From Octopus bimaculoides (taxonomy: Eukaryota), in NCBI RefSeq assembly GCF_001194135.2, contig NC_068982.1:121052033-121116032 (forward strand): a stretch of 64,000 bases of DNA. The letters run 5' to 3'. Positions 1 through 11,269 of this stretch are shown here, piece by piece. Every line of letters begins with the position of its first letter. The first letter of the stretch is position 1. The position numbers and the translations under genes were made by a program. A model generated the notes under the pieces. That model saw only the letters and a list, made by a program, of their open reading frames with translations, searched no databases and was not told where the DNA came from.

Positions 1-261
1 ATATGGGTGTGTGTGTGTGTATATGTGCGTTCGGCTATGTGTGTGTGAGGGCGCGTATGTATGTTTGTCATGTATGTGGGCGGTATATGTATGTGGGCGG
101 TATATATATGTAAGGTGTGTGGGTATGTGTGTGTGTAGGTAGTGGTGAGATAAACAGTGGAAAAAAGTAAGTGTAATAACAAGAGAATAATGGATATAAT
201 GTGAGGGGGGGTGTTAAAAAAAAAAAATATGTAAAGTGTTGCAGGGACGTAAAGGGGAGAG

Positions 262-1075
262 TCATAAGGAAGAGAAGGCTGCGTTGAGTCCGAAGGGGAA
301 AGAAGAATTAAGGTTGAAAATGTAGCGTTGNNNNNNNNNNNNNNNNNNNNNNNNNNNNNNNNNNNNNNNNNNNNNNNNNNNNNNNNNNNNNNNNNNNNNN
401 NNNNNNNNNNNNNNNNNNNNNNNNNNNNNNNNNNNNNNNNNNNNNNNNNNNNNNNNNNNNNNNNNNNNNNNNNNNNNNNNNNNNNNNNNNNNNNNNNNNN
501 NNNNNNNNNNNNNNNNNNNNNNNNNNNNNNNNNNNNNNNNNNNNNNNNNNNNNNNNNNNNNNNNNNNNNNNNNNNNNNNNNNNNNNNNNNNNNNNNNNNN
601 NNNNNNNNNNNNNNNNNNNNNNNNNNNNNNNNNNNNNNNNNNNNNNNNNNNNNNNNNNNNNNNNNNNNNNNNNNNNNNNNNNNNNNNNNNNNNNNNNNNN
701 NNNNNNNNNNNNNNNNNNNNNNNNNNNNNNNNNNNNNNNNNNNNNNNNNNNNNNNNNNNNNNNNNNNNNNNNNNNNNNNNNNNNNNNNNNNNNNNNNNNN
801 NNNNNNNNNNNNNCGGGTGGGGGTGGGGAGGAAGAGGAGAAGGTACTGCGGACCAGTAGATCGCGTAGGTTGCGGGCGCGTTTGAAAGCGGATAGGGGTG
901 GGTTGGGGAAAATGGGGTGGGTAGTGGGATCGAGCTGGAGACGACGGAAGGCCCGTAGGATCCTCCGACGAAGGGGTAGGGTGGCAGGGTGGAAACGGAG
1001 TGGGAAGGGGGTACGGTTAGGGGATTGGTGTGGGGGAGGAGAGAGGGATATATCATAAATCCGAAAAAGAAGCAC
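262..1075 (-). mobile_element. Penelope-like retroelement (PLE) remnant: RT-to-GIY-YIG linker and endonuclease C-terminus, interrupted by a 483-N gap
   Basis: Minus-strand peptide PLRFHPATLPLRRRILRAFRRLQLDPTTHPIFPNPPLSAFKRARNLRDLLVRS matches the PLE linker pattern (P..YHP...I...L..DP...IF..PP..AF.R..NL.D.LVR). QRYIFNLNSSFPFGLN matches the GIY-YIG terminal E..WI..L.T..P.GLN motif. Frameshifted; the middle is hidden by Ns at 331-813. Confidence 0.8.
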
Positions 1076-2146
1076 ACTCTAAAGCATAGAGTAGTAATGT
1101 ATTAAAAGTAATAAAGTTAATGTCCGGTCATAGAGTAACCAATGGTTTCGCATGAGAATCTAAAACCGAAAACAAATATAATTCTTTGCCTTACGATTCA
1201 TAAGCAACCTAAGGGAATTATCACTTGTTCTTCCTCTTTTGGCCCACAAAAAGCTAATCTAAGGAAGATAACCTGTCCTCACTGACCCCGGATTTCCTAT
1301 TCTTTGATAATCAATTGACCGTAACGGACATGAACTTAATTACTTTTAATACATTACTGCTTTATGCTTTTTCAGACGGTGTATTTTTAGGGTTACATTA
1401 TGAAATGTCAACCTCCTTCTTCAAAATAATAAAGTGCGATATAAGTGAGATTTGGGTGCCACTTTCAGCCGACCGAGCGACAGTGTGCATAAGCCATACG
1501 TTAACGTGACGACTAGTTGACTGCAATATCGAGAGATAAAGTGTGTTAGCGCCCATGTATTATTCCTTAAAATGACATTATCCACTCCAGGTATATTCTG
1601 GATTTATCATTACTATGAGTAAAAGCATTTGCCATGATTTTCACGTCAAATATTTAAGCATAATATATGTAGATGTGACGATGAGCTGAAATAACGGGAG
1701 ATAACTTGAACATACTGCAAAGTTAGCTCCCATGTATTATATCTCCAGAAAGTGACTTGTCTTAATCCATGATGCCTTAGATAAAAAGCTTTTGTCATGA
1801 CAACCTCATTTAATGTTCAAGCATAGGGTATCTAGGAATATATGATCGAATGTGTCCTTATTTTTAAGATGTTGGGTTGTGATCTGAGAGAGATTTTGTC
1901 GCTATTTCAAGCGGACCAAATAACGTCATTGACTAGGTATTACCTGAATCCACAGTGGTGGGCTCTCGGACCGAGTTTGAAGGTGGTGCACTGATTGCAG
2001 GGTTTTGGACATATATTTCAAAACTGGTAATTTCTTGCGTATACTCTTACATATACATATAGATATTTATAATTAATTTCTAGATATCTTGAATTCTCTA
2101 GTCTATTCATAAGCAATAAAACTGTTCTTAGCTTGTCTTCCTTTGC

Positions 2147-2190
<44 letters not shown>

Positions 2191-2228
2191 ACACATACCC
2201 ACACCCACACACACATACATCTATGTAA

Positions 2229-2266
<38 letters not shown>
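2147..2266. repeat. Compound microsatellite (CTAT)n/(CA)n/(TA)n; representative of dozens of TA, CA, GA, AAT and CAT tracts in the window
   Basis: Directly visible tandem units. Confidence 0.95.
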
Positions 2267-2267
<1 letters not shown>

Positions 2268-2289
2268 CATGTGAGCCACAGACCAAATT

Positions 2290-2580
2290 TGTGGCTGGTG
2301 CAAAGTACCGATCAGACCTAGGGTGACATGGTGGTGGAACAGTGTAATTGACAGAGCCATTAGAGCAAAGGGGCAGTCCTGGAAGGGTGGTAGTAGCATG
2401 CCAGTGACGTGTAAAGCATACCCTGTACACTCTGTAGAATGGTTGATGTTAGGAAGGGCATTGAGCTGTAGAAGCCAAGCAAAAAGAGACTGGAGCCTGA
2501 TGCGGCTCTGCAGCTTACTAGCTCAGGTCAAACTATCTAACATATGCTGGTATGGAAAATGGATGTTAAATGATGATGAT
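2290..2580 (+). mobile_element. RTE-LINE 3' UTR-type repeat ending in a (TGA)n tail
   Basis: Carries the recurrent motif TGGTTG..GTTAGGAAGGGCAT..AGCTGTAGAA ... GCATGGAAA..GGA.GTTAAA.GATGATGAT, which follows RTE ORF ends elsewhere in the window (11.6 kb, 21.1 kb, 48.3 kb). Confidence 0.75.
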
Positions 2581-2619
2581 GGTCTGCATATCTCTCTCTC
2601 TCTCTCTTTATGATGAGCA

Positions 2620-2810
2620 AAAGAGTGGAGTGGAGTGAAAGCTTTTGAGGAGGCCAGGATGACACATGCAAGACTCAAGAGAGATTTAAAAAAGGATGTT
2701 GTGATCAATGAGAAGGTGAATCACAGCAATCTTTTTGTGTGTGCAATTTGTGACAGACCATGCCTTTCTTTTGCTGGACTCAAATCTCATTTGCGAAATT
2801 TTAACATATA
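2620..2810 (+). mobile_element. RTE/BovB-type LINE ORF C-terminal fragment with C2H2-like finger
   Basis: My in-frame translation GVKAFEEARMTHARLKRDLKK...FVCAICDRPCLSFAGLKSHLRN* fits the BovB-type C-terminus (G...FE..R....KR..RK ... C..C.R.C.S..GL.SH.R). Confidence 0.75.
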
Positions 2811-3223
2811 AAGAGCTTTCCAAACGCAACGAATAACATTCATGCCAGGGACCATGTATGTATGGGAATATTTATATATACATTTATGTATCTATGTGTG
2901 AGGGTATAGATATATATGTGTATGTCCCCCTCACATGTGGTGACAGTGACTGTTGACTATTTTGGTGTGCATGTGCAGCCATCTGTGTATGTGCATCTGA
3001 GCACACACATACGTACTCATCTAGCTATGCTTTTGTATTTATGTATATCTGCATATGGTAATGTATACATGCATAGGCATGTATTCTGGAGTTTTTATAA
3101 CTATTTGTATGGTTTTATATACTTTTTGTAGGCTTTTTTATGTGCCTTATATTTTTATATTTTCATTAAAAAAATTTTTTTTTTTTAATTTTATTCTTAT
3201 TTTATATTTGTATTGAATTTTGT

Positions 3224-3360
3224 AAATCTTTGAAGAGGCCTAGCAAATCATGCATGTACCCCCATTACATCATTTTCATCTACTAATTACTCCAGCGTAC
3301 GGGAGCTATAGAGATAGAATGGGGCATGCCAACACTAGGCCGAAACAGCTGTAAGTTTTT
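3224..3360 (+). ncRNA. Type I hammerhead ribozyme motif (PLE-LTR/retrozyme type) with extended stem II
   Basis: (T)TGAAGA at 3230-3236; stem II GGCCTAG 3237-3243 / CTAGGCC 3335-3341; GAAA at 3342-3345; minimal stem III AC-AGCT-GT; cleavage triplet GTA at 3351-3353; stem I AAATCT/AGTTTT. The conserved C3 is replaced by T. Confidence 0.7.
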
Positions 3361-3587
3361 GTCCCTTCTCCAATTGCTAAATGTCCTTTAAATTTGAAAT
3401 CTTAATTGTTGATATGACATGGTATGTCATAAGTGTCTGTATATTGTTTTTTGACAATTTAGTTATAAAATAAACAGATTAATCAATGGAATACAGTGTC
3501 TGCAAGTTGATTGGGACCTCATATTCCCCTCCATTTTCTTATTGCTATATATATATGTATATATGTCTATATATATATATGTATATA

Positions 3588-3625
<38 letters not shown>

Positions 3626-3699
3626 NNNNNNNNNNATGATGATGATGTATGTATGTATGTATGTATATATACATATATATGTGTGTAGAAAGAAGACTG

Positions 3700-3912
3700 T
3701 TATATATATGTGTATATTTGTGTCTGTGTTTGTACCCCCACTATTGCTTGACAACTGATGTTGCTGTGTTTACATTCCCAGTACCAAGTGGTTCGGCAAA
3801 AGACACTGATAGAATAAGTACTAGGCTTACAAAGAATAAATCCTGCGGTCGATTTTTTGCGACCAAAGGCGGTGCTCCAGCATGGCCACAGTCACATGAC
3901 TGAAACAAGTAA
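3700..3912 (+). mobile_element. tRNA-derived SINE family B, 3' half
   Basis: GCTTGACAAC.GATG ... GATAGAATAAGTACTAGG ... GGCGGTGCTCCAGCATGGCCACAGTC..ATGACTGAAACAAGTAAAA; same sequence as the 3' half of the full copies at 24.8 and 52.2 kb. Confidence 0.8.
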
Positions 3913-3934
3913 AACAATGAAAACAAACTATGTC

Positions 3935-3970
3935 ATTTTAATCCTGAGCAAGGCCGGGTATCTCTGCTAG
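3935..3970 (+). mobile_element. Isolated Helitron 3' terminus
   Basis: AATCCTGAGCAAGGCCGGGTATCTCTGCTAG|T is nearly identical to the hairpin+CTAG|T end of the Helitron ending at 32290. No matching 5' end is visible. Confidence 0.6.
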
Positions 3971-4714
3971 TACATGTATGTGTATATATATGCATATATA
4001 TATAAATATATATATATATATATTATTTATATTATTATATGATCGAATGCCATACATCCGTTTCCAAGTAAATTTTATCTCAATTCAAATGCGCACTCTT
4101 CAACCTATCTCTATTCTATCTCTTTCTCTTGGTCGTCTTCCTTTCTGTTTTACTCTCCCAACCTTTCTCTAATTCTTCTCCTCTCCCCTTCACCATTCCC
4201 TCTCTCTCTCTCACTCTTCCTCCTTGACTCTCTCATTGCTCACACGTGACCAACAGCTGTCTATCTTTCTTTCTTCCACTTCCTTCCTAAGGACAAGACG
4301 TGCTTTTGCCTGCCTCTTCTCAAAGCTCGTTTTTCCATCATTCACCACTTCACCTCGTTATGGCTTAACAGCCCTCACCATTTGTTTTTACTGCTTTGTG
4401 TTTACTGTTCTGTTTTTGTTACCACTTTAACCTTCCACAAAAAATCCCAAATTTTATTTAATTTGCTTTGCGGGAAGGACTGTTTTAATGAAGTCATGTC
4501 TTGTCCCTACCTTCGAAATGTGGAGTAGAGAAAACAGGGGACAACTGATGAAAGGAATGTTCTTTATGTTACCTGTCTCCTTTCACTATTTGTTTCTTTC
4601 GTTGTTTGAAAAATGTTCGTTTTCCATGCTTTTGTTTTTTATGTTCTCGTTTCTCATTTTGCTCATGTTTTTTTGATGTCCTGTACCAATATATGCATGT
4701 ATATATATATATAT

Positions 4715-5509
4715 NNNNNNNNNNNNNNNNNNNNNNNNNNNNNNNNNNNNNNNNNNNNNNNNNNNNNNNNNNNNNNNNNNNNNNNNNNNNNNNNNNNNNN
4801 NNNNNNNNNNNNNNNNNNNNNNNNNNNNNNNNNNNNNNNNNNNNNNNNNNNNNNNNNNNNNNNNNNNNNNNNNNNNNNNNNNNNNNNNNNNNNNNNNNNN
4901 NNNNNNNNNNNNNNNNNNNNNNNNNNNNNNNNNNNNNNNNNNNNNNNNNNNNNNNNNNNNNNNNNNNNNNNNNNNNNNNNNNNNNNNNNNNNNNNNNNNN
5001 NNNNNNNNNNNNNNNNNNNNNNNNNNNNNNNNNNNNNNNNNNNNNNNNNNNNNNNNNNNNNNNNNNNNNNNNNNNNNNNNNNNNNNNNNNNNNNNNNNNN
5101 NNNNNNNNNNNNNNNNNNNNNNNNNNNNNNNNNNNNNNNNNNNNNNNNNNNNNNNNNNNNNNNNNNNNNNNNNNNNNNNNNNNNNNNNNNNNNNNNNNNN
5201 NNNNNNNNNNNNNNNNNNNNNNNNNNNNNNNNNNNNNNNNNNNNNNNNNNNNNNNNNNNNNNNNNNNNNNNNNNNNNNNNNNNNNNNNNNNNNNNNNNNN
5301 NNNNNNNNNNNNNNNNNNNNNNNNNNNNNNNNNNNNNNNNNNNNNNNNNNNNNNNNNNNNNNNNNNNNNNNNNNNNNNNNNNNNNNNNNNNNNNNNNNNN
5401 NNNNNNNNNNNNNNNNNNNNNNNNNNNNNNNNNNNNNNNNNNNNNNNNNNNNNNNNNNNNNNNNNNNNNNNNNNNNNNNNNNNNNNNNNNNNNNNNNNNN
5501 NNNNNNNNN
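4715..5509. other. Assembly gap (other gaps: 331-813, 17585-17963, 31251-31966, 38492-38657, plus short ones)
   Basis: Runs of N, mostly flanked by (TA)n or (GA)n. Confidence 1.
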
Positions 5510-5562
<53 letters not shown>

Positions 5563-5954
5563 CACTCATATATATGATTGTATAGGTTATAGTAGTGATG
5601 AAAAACAATTAGTCATAGCAGGACAAGGACATTTGATTTCATTTAATTCAATCTAAAAATTTAGCTACATAACGCATGGTAGAAATAGTACAAGCTGGAA
5701 AAGATATCCCAGCTTTTGGAGTAATGTAGTGAGCAAAGACTCTGTAAGTCGGGTATTCTGTCATTGGAGAAATAAAGGTTAGACAGTGGAAAGAATGTTC
5801 CTCATCAAAGATATTTGTTGTGGTCCGTGATGTCCAGGAGGGTGGCACACCCATTTGAGTACTCAGAACACACACCTATTAGTTTAAGCCATCCTGACGA
5901 AAACTCCTCATATCCTCTATATATATATGTATGTTATTTATATATAAATATGTG

Positions 5955-6170
5955 TGTATGTATGTGTGTCTGTTTGTCCCACACACCACTTAACAAGTAT
6001 TGGTTTCTTTACATTTCCATAAGTTAGTAGTTTGACAAAAGAGATCCATAGAATATGTACCAATTATAAAAAAATAGTACTGGGACCAATTTGTTTGACT
6101 AAACCCTTTCAGGCAGTGCCCCAGCATGGTCACAGTCAAATGACTGAAACAAGTAATGAGATAAGAGATA
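5955..6170 (+). mobile_element. SINE family B, degenerate 3' half
   Basis: Same GGCAGTGCCCCAGCATGGTCACAGTCAAATGACTGAAACAAGTAA tail. Confidence 0.7.
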
Positions 6171-6772
6171 TTTCTTATTTCTAATATGTATTAGTCCTAA
6201 GAAATTTAGTAGCACAATAAAATTCCTATTTATGAACCACTTGAAAGAATCCATAACTTTAAATTATTCAGTATTGAAATATCAATGGCTAATTCTTTAT
6301 CATCATATCATATTTGTAGGATTAAAATGAACTTGTTTGTGTAAATAATAAACTGAGTGATTCTAGTATGCAAATATGTTCACAGAGATCAGTTGATGCT
6401 CCTCACACCAATCTAACCAATGAATTACAATCAGCAGTCGCCCAAACTACTTCCTTTCACTTGCAGTAGCTTATATGATGATGACAGCTTTTATGGTAGC
6501 TTAACCCTATTTCTTCCTGCGACTCATCAGATCAGCTGTAAAGGTTAAACAAACCCCAAAATATGCAAAAAGGGTTCTGAATTAATTGCATAGGGAAGTG
6601 AACTCCACATGCTGATGCAAATACAACCTATCTTGATGAGCTCAACTTCTGAATAAATAATGTTATATTAGTATTACATATTATTTAAAAAACAATATAG
6701 AACTTTAGAAATCATTTGACATTCTTGTATTTGAGAAAATTCATCATTTCATGCATATATATCTGGTATATA

Positions 6773-7156
6773 TGTTGTTGGCACTCCATTGCTTACAACG
6801 TTGAGGGTTCCAGTTGATCCGATCAATGGAACAGCCTGCTCGTGAAATTAACGTGCAAGTGGCTGAGCACTCCACAGACATGTGTACCCTTAACGTAGTT
6901 CTCGGGAATATTCAGCGTGACACAGCGTGACAAGGCTGATCCTTTGAATTACAGGTACAACAGGAACAGGAAGTAAGAGTGAGAGAAAGTTGTGGTGAAA
7001 GAGTACAGCAGGGTTCGCCACCATCCCCTGCCAGAGCCTCGTGGAGCTTTAGGTGTTTTCACTCAATAAACACTCACAACGCCCGGTCTGGGAATCGAAA
7101 CCACAAGCCTATGACCGCGAGTCCGCTACCCTAACCACTGGGCCATTTCACCTCCA
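6773..7156 (-). mobile_element. Full-length tRNA(Arg)-like SINE (family D; possibly an octopus OR-type SINE)
   Basis: Minus strand begins GGCCCAGTGGTTAGGGTAGCGGACTCGCGGTC...GGTTTCGATTCCCAGACC (A box, anticodon-like arm with TCG, B box) and ends in a (CAA)n tail. The OR-type name is recalled from the literature and not verified. Confidence 0.75.
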
Positions 7157-8429
7157 CTATCTGGTATATATAACTGAGGCAATATCAAATGCATCATACT
7201 ATGCATCATACTTAACTTATACACAGTCAATAGGCCAGTTACTATAGGAATTGTCTGAAGATAACACTTCTTATGGATGCACCATGCTGAAAATACAATA
7301 AATACCAGAGTTAGACAAAATGTTGTCCCAATAGCAACCACTGAGAGTGCCAAGTGCATTTCAACCTTTTAGGATCTTTTCACATGTATGTACTCATAAC
7401 CAGCTACATGCTCAGACAAGAATTCATCAACACTGATATAGGAAAACGTGAATAAAATATTCACTGATGTTATGAACAGTCACCCGGCTGAATAAAAGTC
7501 AAGTATTCACAGATTGATTTTATCTCAGGACAAATACTGCAGTAACTGGTCTACTGACAGTGTGTATACATTAAATGTGATGCATAGATGAATATTGTAA
7601 TTTAATATTGCTTCAATTGCATATGACTTGATGGATTATCCAGGTGATAATTGAATATCTTACCTCATTGAGCTACATCTTATGACTGCCACATTTCATC
7701 TTTAACAACCTCTTATATAAGCTATCATTCTCAATACTTTTTCATACTTACAATGACACCCTATCCACCTTCAATTATCACTCATTATATCCACCCCTAT
7801 AAACTACATCTCTGTCATTGGGCAGTCTCTCTTCCCACAACATTTTACATCACCAACTTATTTCACATCTATCTAGTTTTATTATACAGCTGCTCCCCAT
7901 CCTTATTTTTTGTAAGGCCACTTATGACCTCCTCCTCTTCCTTGACTCTCTCTTATTTCCTTTATCTCCCCACCAACTGATATTCAACACTGATCACACC
8001 TCTGCTCTCGCATTATTCACTACATTCACCATCTCTAACCATCTGTCACACTCCTTTTACACTCTTGCACTTACCCATGTTTCAAGGCCCTCTCCTACTA
8101 TTTTCTCTTACATTCACTTTCATGAACCTTGACAGTACATACTGTCACCCTGCCACCACCATCTTTATCTCTCCTTCCAGCTAAGTTATCCATGTATCTC
8201 TTCTTCAGCATGGCAATTGTTTCTGTTCTTCTATCATACTTTAGTCTTTCAACAACTGGCATTAGAGTACCGCCCTCTCTACTGCACTTCCACTTAGTCA
8301 ATGATTCTTGACTTGTAAGTTACTTGATGACATTGTTAATGTCAGGGCTATGTAAAAGGCACCCAGTGCACTCTGTAAAGTAGCTGGTGTTAGGAAGGGC
8401 ATCCATTTGTAGAAACTGTACCAAAGCAT

Positions 8430-9245
8430 ACACTACAGTCCTCTGTCTTGAAGATGACCCAAAGTTTGGACGACCTGCAACTGCCCCCACCAACAAAAAC
8501 ATTGATCGTGTTCACCATATTGATGACAGCTGACTGACTATAAATCAAATAGACAATGCTATAAACATATCCCATGAGAGAGTTGAGAATATTCCACACA
8601 ATGAACTTGACATGACAAAGGTTTCAGCTAGGTGATTGCCACACCTGACACCTGTTCAAAAGTGAATCAGGTTGATCACATGGTGGGAAACTCTGACATT
8701 AATTGAGGCAGACACAGCAGCTTTCCTTGAATGTTTCCTAAGCCACAATGAATGTTAGCTTCATCACTTTGAGCCAGAGACAGAGATAATCCATGCAGTG
8801 GAAACACTCTTCTTCACCTTTCTCCAGAGAAAGCCAAGGTTGTTTTATTTACAGGGAATGCAAAAGGCATTGTGTTTATTGATTATCTTCAAAGGGGTCA
8901 CACCATCAATCGAGATCACTATGCCACCTTGATAAGGTAGGTATGAATAGCTATAAAGACCAAACACACAGGAAAACTGATGAAAGGGGACTTGTTTCAT
9001 CAAGATAATGCTCCAGCACACAAGTCCTTGATTTCAATGGCTGCTGTGCATGACTGTGGCTTTGAACAGGTAGATCACTCTCCTTATTCTCCTGATTTGG
9101 TCCCATTTGACTATCATCTGTTCTCCTACATGAAGAGACACTTGGCTGGGAACCAGGATTGCGATGATGATGATGATATTTTAGACCAACAGGATGAAAG
9201 CTTCTGCACGCACAGCAACACTGATGGAAGAAGTGTGTGAACCAC
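8430..9245 (+). pseudogene. Degraded mariner (DD34D) transposase, irritans/Himar-like
   Basis: Recognisable fragments SLEDDPKFGRPAT, NILHNELDMTKVSAR, HHFEPET..SMQWKHSSSP, LFHQDNAPAHKSL, DHSPYSPDLVPFDYHLF; multiple stops and frameshifts; no TIRs found. Confidence 0.9.
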
Positions 9246-9272
9246 ACATATCGAATGCATACTTGTATATAT

Positions 9273-10404
9273 ACATGGTCATCCCATAAGTTCTGTCCGA
9301 TGTTACCTTTTTTAAAATTGAATGAAATTTAATAGTATTCTAGAATGTCTAATGGAATTAAAAATTATTTTTATGCATTTGTATACATTTAAACTAATTA
9401 AATATTATTTTACAGAATAATAGAATTAAAATTTCTTTGATTAAAACCCTTTCTAACATGAAAATATCCAAGGAGCATGTGGCACATAATGCTTTATGAG
9501 TACAAAAAAGGAAACTTTGCAGCCGAAGCGACTCGAAACATACACTCAGTTTATGGGAAAGAATGCTTGAATGAAAGAACTTGCAGAAGATGGTTTGCAA
9601 AATTCAGAAGTGGAGATTTCAGCCTTGAAGATGAAGATCGAATAGAACGTCCAGTTGAGTTTGATGATAAGCTCCTTGGGACATCACTTGAAGAAAATCC
9701 TGCATTATCAGTTGAAGAATTGGCAATAAAGCTTAGTTCAAACCATACAACTGTTCATCATCATCTTCAACAACTTGGAAAGGTTCCTAAACTGGGAAAA
9801 TGGGTGCCNNNNNNNNNNGAAGAAAGCTGAACCACAACCGAGAAGGGAACTTCATGGGAAAAAGGTTCTTCACTCTATCTGGTGGGATCGCAAAGGAGTA
9901 ATTCACTTTGAATTGTTACCACCTAATGCAACTATCAATGCTCAAGTCTACTGTCAGCAATTAGAACTTTTGAACCAAGCTTTGACGTAAAAAGACCCGC
10001 TTTAGTGAATCGAAAAGGAGTGATGTTTCATCAGGACAATGCATGACCCCACACTGCAAAAATCACATCACAGATGATCGAAGAACGTGGTTGGAAAAAA
10101 ATTCCTCATCCACCTTATTCTCCTGACCTTGCTCCTTCAGACTACCATTTGTTTTGTAGTTTACAGAATTATTTAGGAACATAAATTTCACAAGCCAGGA
10201 GGAGGTTGAAACTGACATTTCAGAGTTCTTCGCTTTGAAACCAAAAGAGTTTTACATTGATGAGACTAAAAAGCTGCTAAATAAAATGGAGGAAGTCATA
10301 GGTAATCAGGGAAAGTACATTGATGATTAAATTTCAATTAAATATAACATTGATCATTTGTTTTCTTTATTCAAAATTTGGACAGAACTTATGGGATGAC
10401 CTGA
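9273..10404 (+). mobile_element. Near full-length mariner element with TIRs and disabled transposase
   Basis: 22-bp TIR GGTCATCCCATAAGTTCTGTCC at 9277-9298 / 10380-10401 in TA-rich flanks. Peptides include RHIMLYEYKKG..AAEATRNI, TCRRWFAKFRSGDFSLED, KLGKWVP, KVL.SIWWDRKGVIHFELL, FHQDNA, HPPYSPDLAPSDYHLF. In-frame stops and a 10-N gap at 9809-9818. Confidence 0.92.
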
Positions 10405-10668
10405 TATATACATAGCGTCATCATAATTCTAACATGCTTGAGTTAGAACTGTGATGCTGCATATAGCAAGACAAGGGCCTTGAATAAAATTCACACTGTT
10501 ATGTTACCTGTCTGGATGGGACATTGCACCGGCCACATGTCTGATCTTTAGCCCTCAGCAAGGTTATCTTGAAGTTCTCATTTCCTACTTCCTGTTGTCA
10601 TGCTAGTCAACTAAACCTACAACTGCAGGGTCATTTAGTTTCAATGTCTTCACTCTGTAGATTGCCTT

Positions 10669-10899
10669 CTTATTTCTTTATTGCCCACAAGGGGCTAAAC
10701 ATAAAGGGGACAAACAAGGACAGACAAAGGGATTAAGTCGATTACATCGACCTCAGTGCATAACTGGTACTTAATTTATTGACCCCGAAAGGATGAAAGG
10801 TAAAGTCGACCTCGGTGGAATTTTGAACTCAGAACGTAACGGCAGACAAAATACCGCTAAGCATTTTGCCTGGCGTGCTAACGTTTCTGCCAGCTCGCC
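10669..10899 (-). mobile_element. tRNA-derived SINE family A, full length
   Basis: Minus strand GGCGAGCTGGCAGAAACGTTAGCAC...GAGTTCAAAATTCC (A/B boxes) plus core CCTTTCATCCTTTCGGGGTCAATAAATTAAGTACCAG. Confidence 0.85.
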
Positions 10900-11269
10900 A
10901 CTTTCTGTAGATTGTCTTTTGTCACTGAGTCTGTCTAATTCTGCACATACACACATGTGTACGTATACTAGTTGAAAAATTGTGTACTGAGCTGCATTCC
11001 TTTAAGTAAAAATGTAACTTAGCCGTATGATAAATATTTTAAGTATTAGGCTGAAGTAAGTACTGGGGTAGAGGCAATACACTTGAATAAAATTCCTTGA
11101 AACTCAGGGATTGAAACCAGTTAGAAAAAGGGCAGATTAGGAAAAGAACTAGCTTGAAGTGAACTTTATGAAAGGTGTGTCAGAATGGTGAGCAGGTAAA
11201 TGTTTAGCCCTTAATGAGCTCTCTTCCACCAGACCTTTGATCAAAAGCATTCCTGCTGTGACCATATGG

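Noticed and set aside
4569-5656. Long 300-347 aa ORFs (likewise 17507-17974, 31164-32076, 38221-38812)
   Set aside because: They are open only because of N runs and (TA)n/(GA)n tracts.
5590-5930. Non-microsatellite block with CTGACGA and TTGATGA strings
   Set aside because: No stem II or GAAA in register; probably an unclassified repeat fragment.
6495-6535. Minus-strand CTGATGA-GTCGCAGGAA-GAAA hammerhead-like string
   Set aside because: Stem II base, stem III and stem I do not pair.
7700-8300. Strongly purine/pyrimidine-skewed tracts (also ~21.8-22.5, 27.7-28.0, 39.2-39.5, 45.8-46.1, 46.6-47.0 kb)
   Set aside because: Probably ancient repeat debris or low-complexity DNA; no alignable unit or motif could be established by eye.
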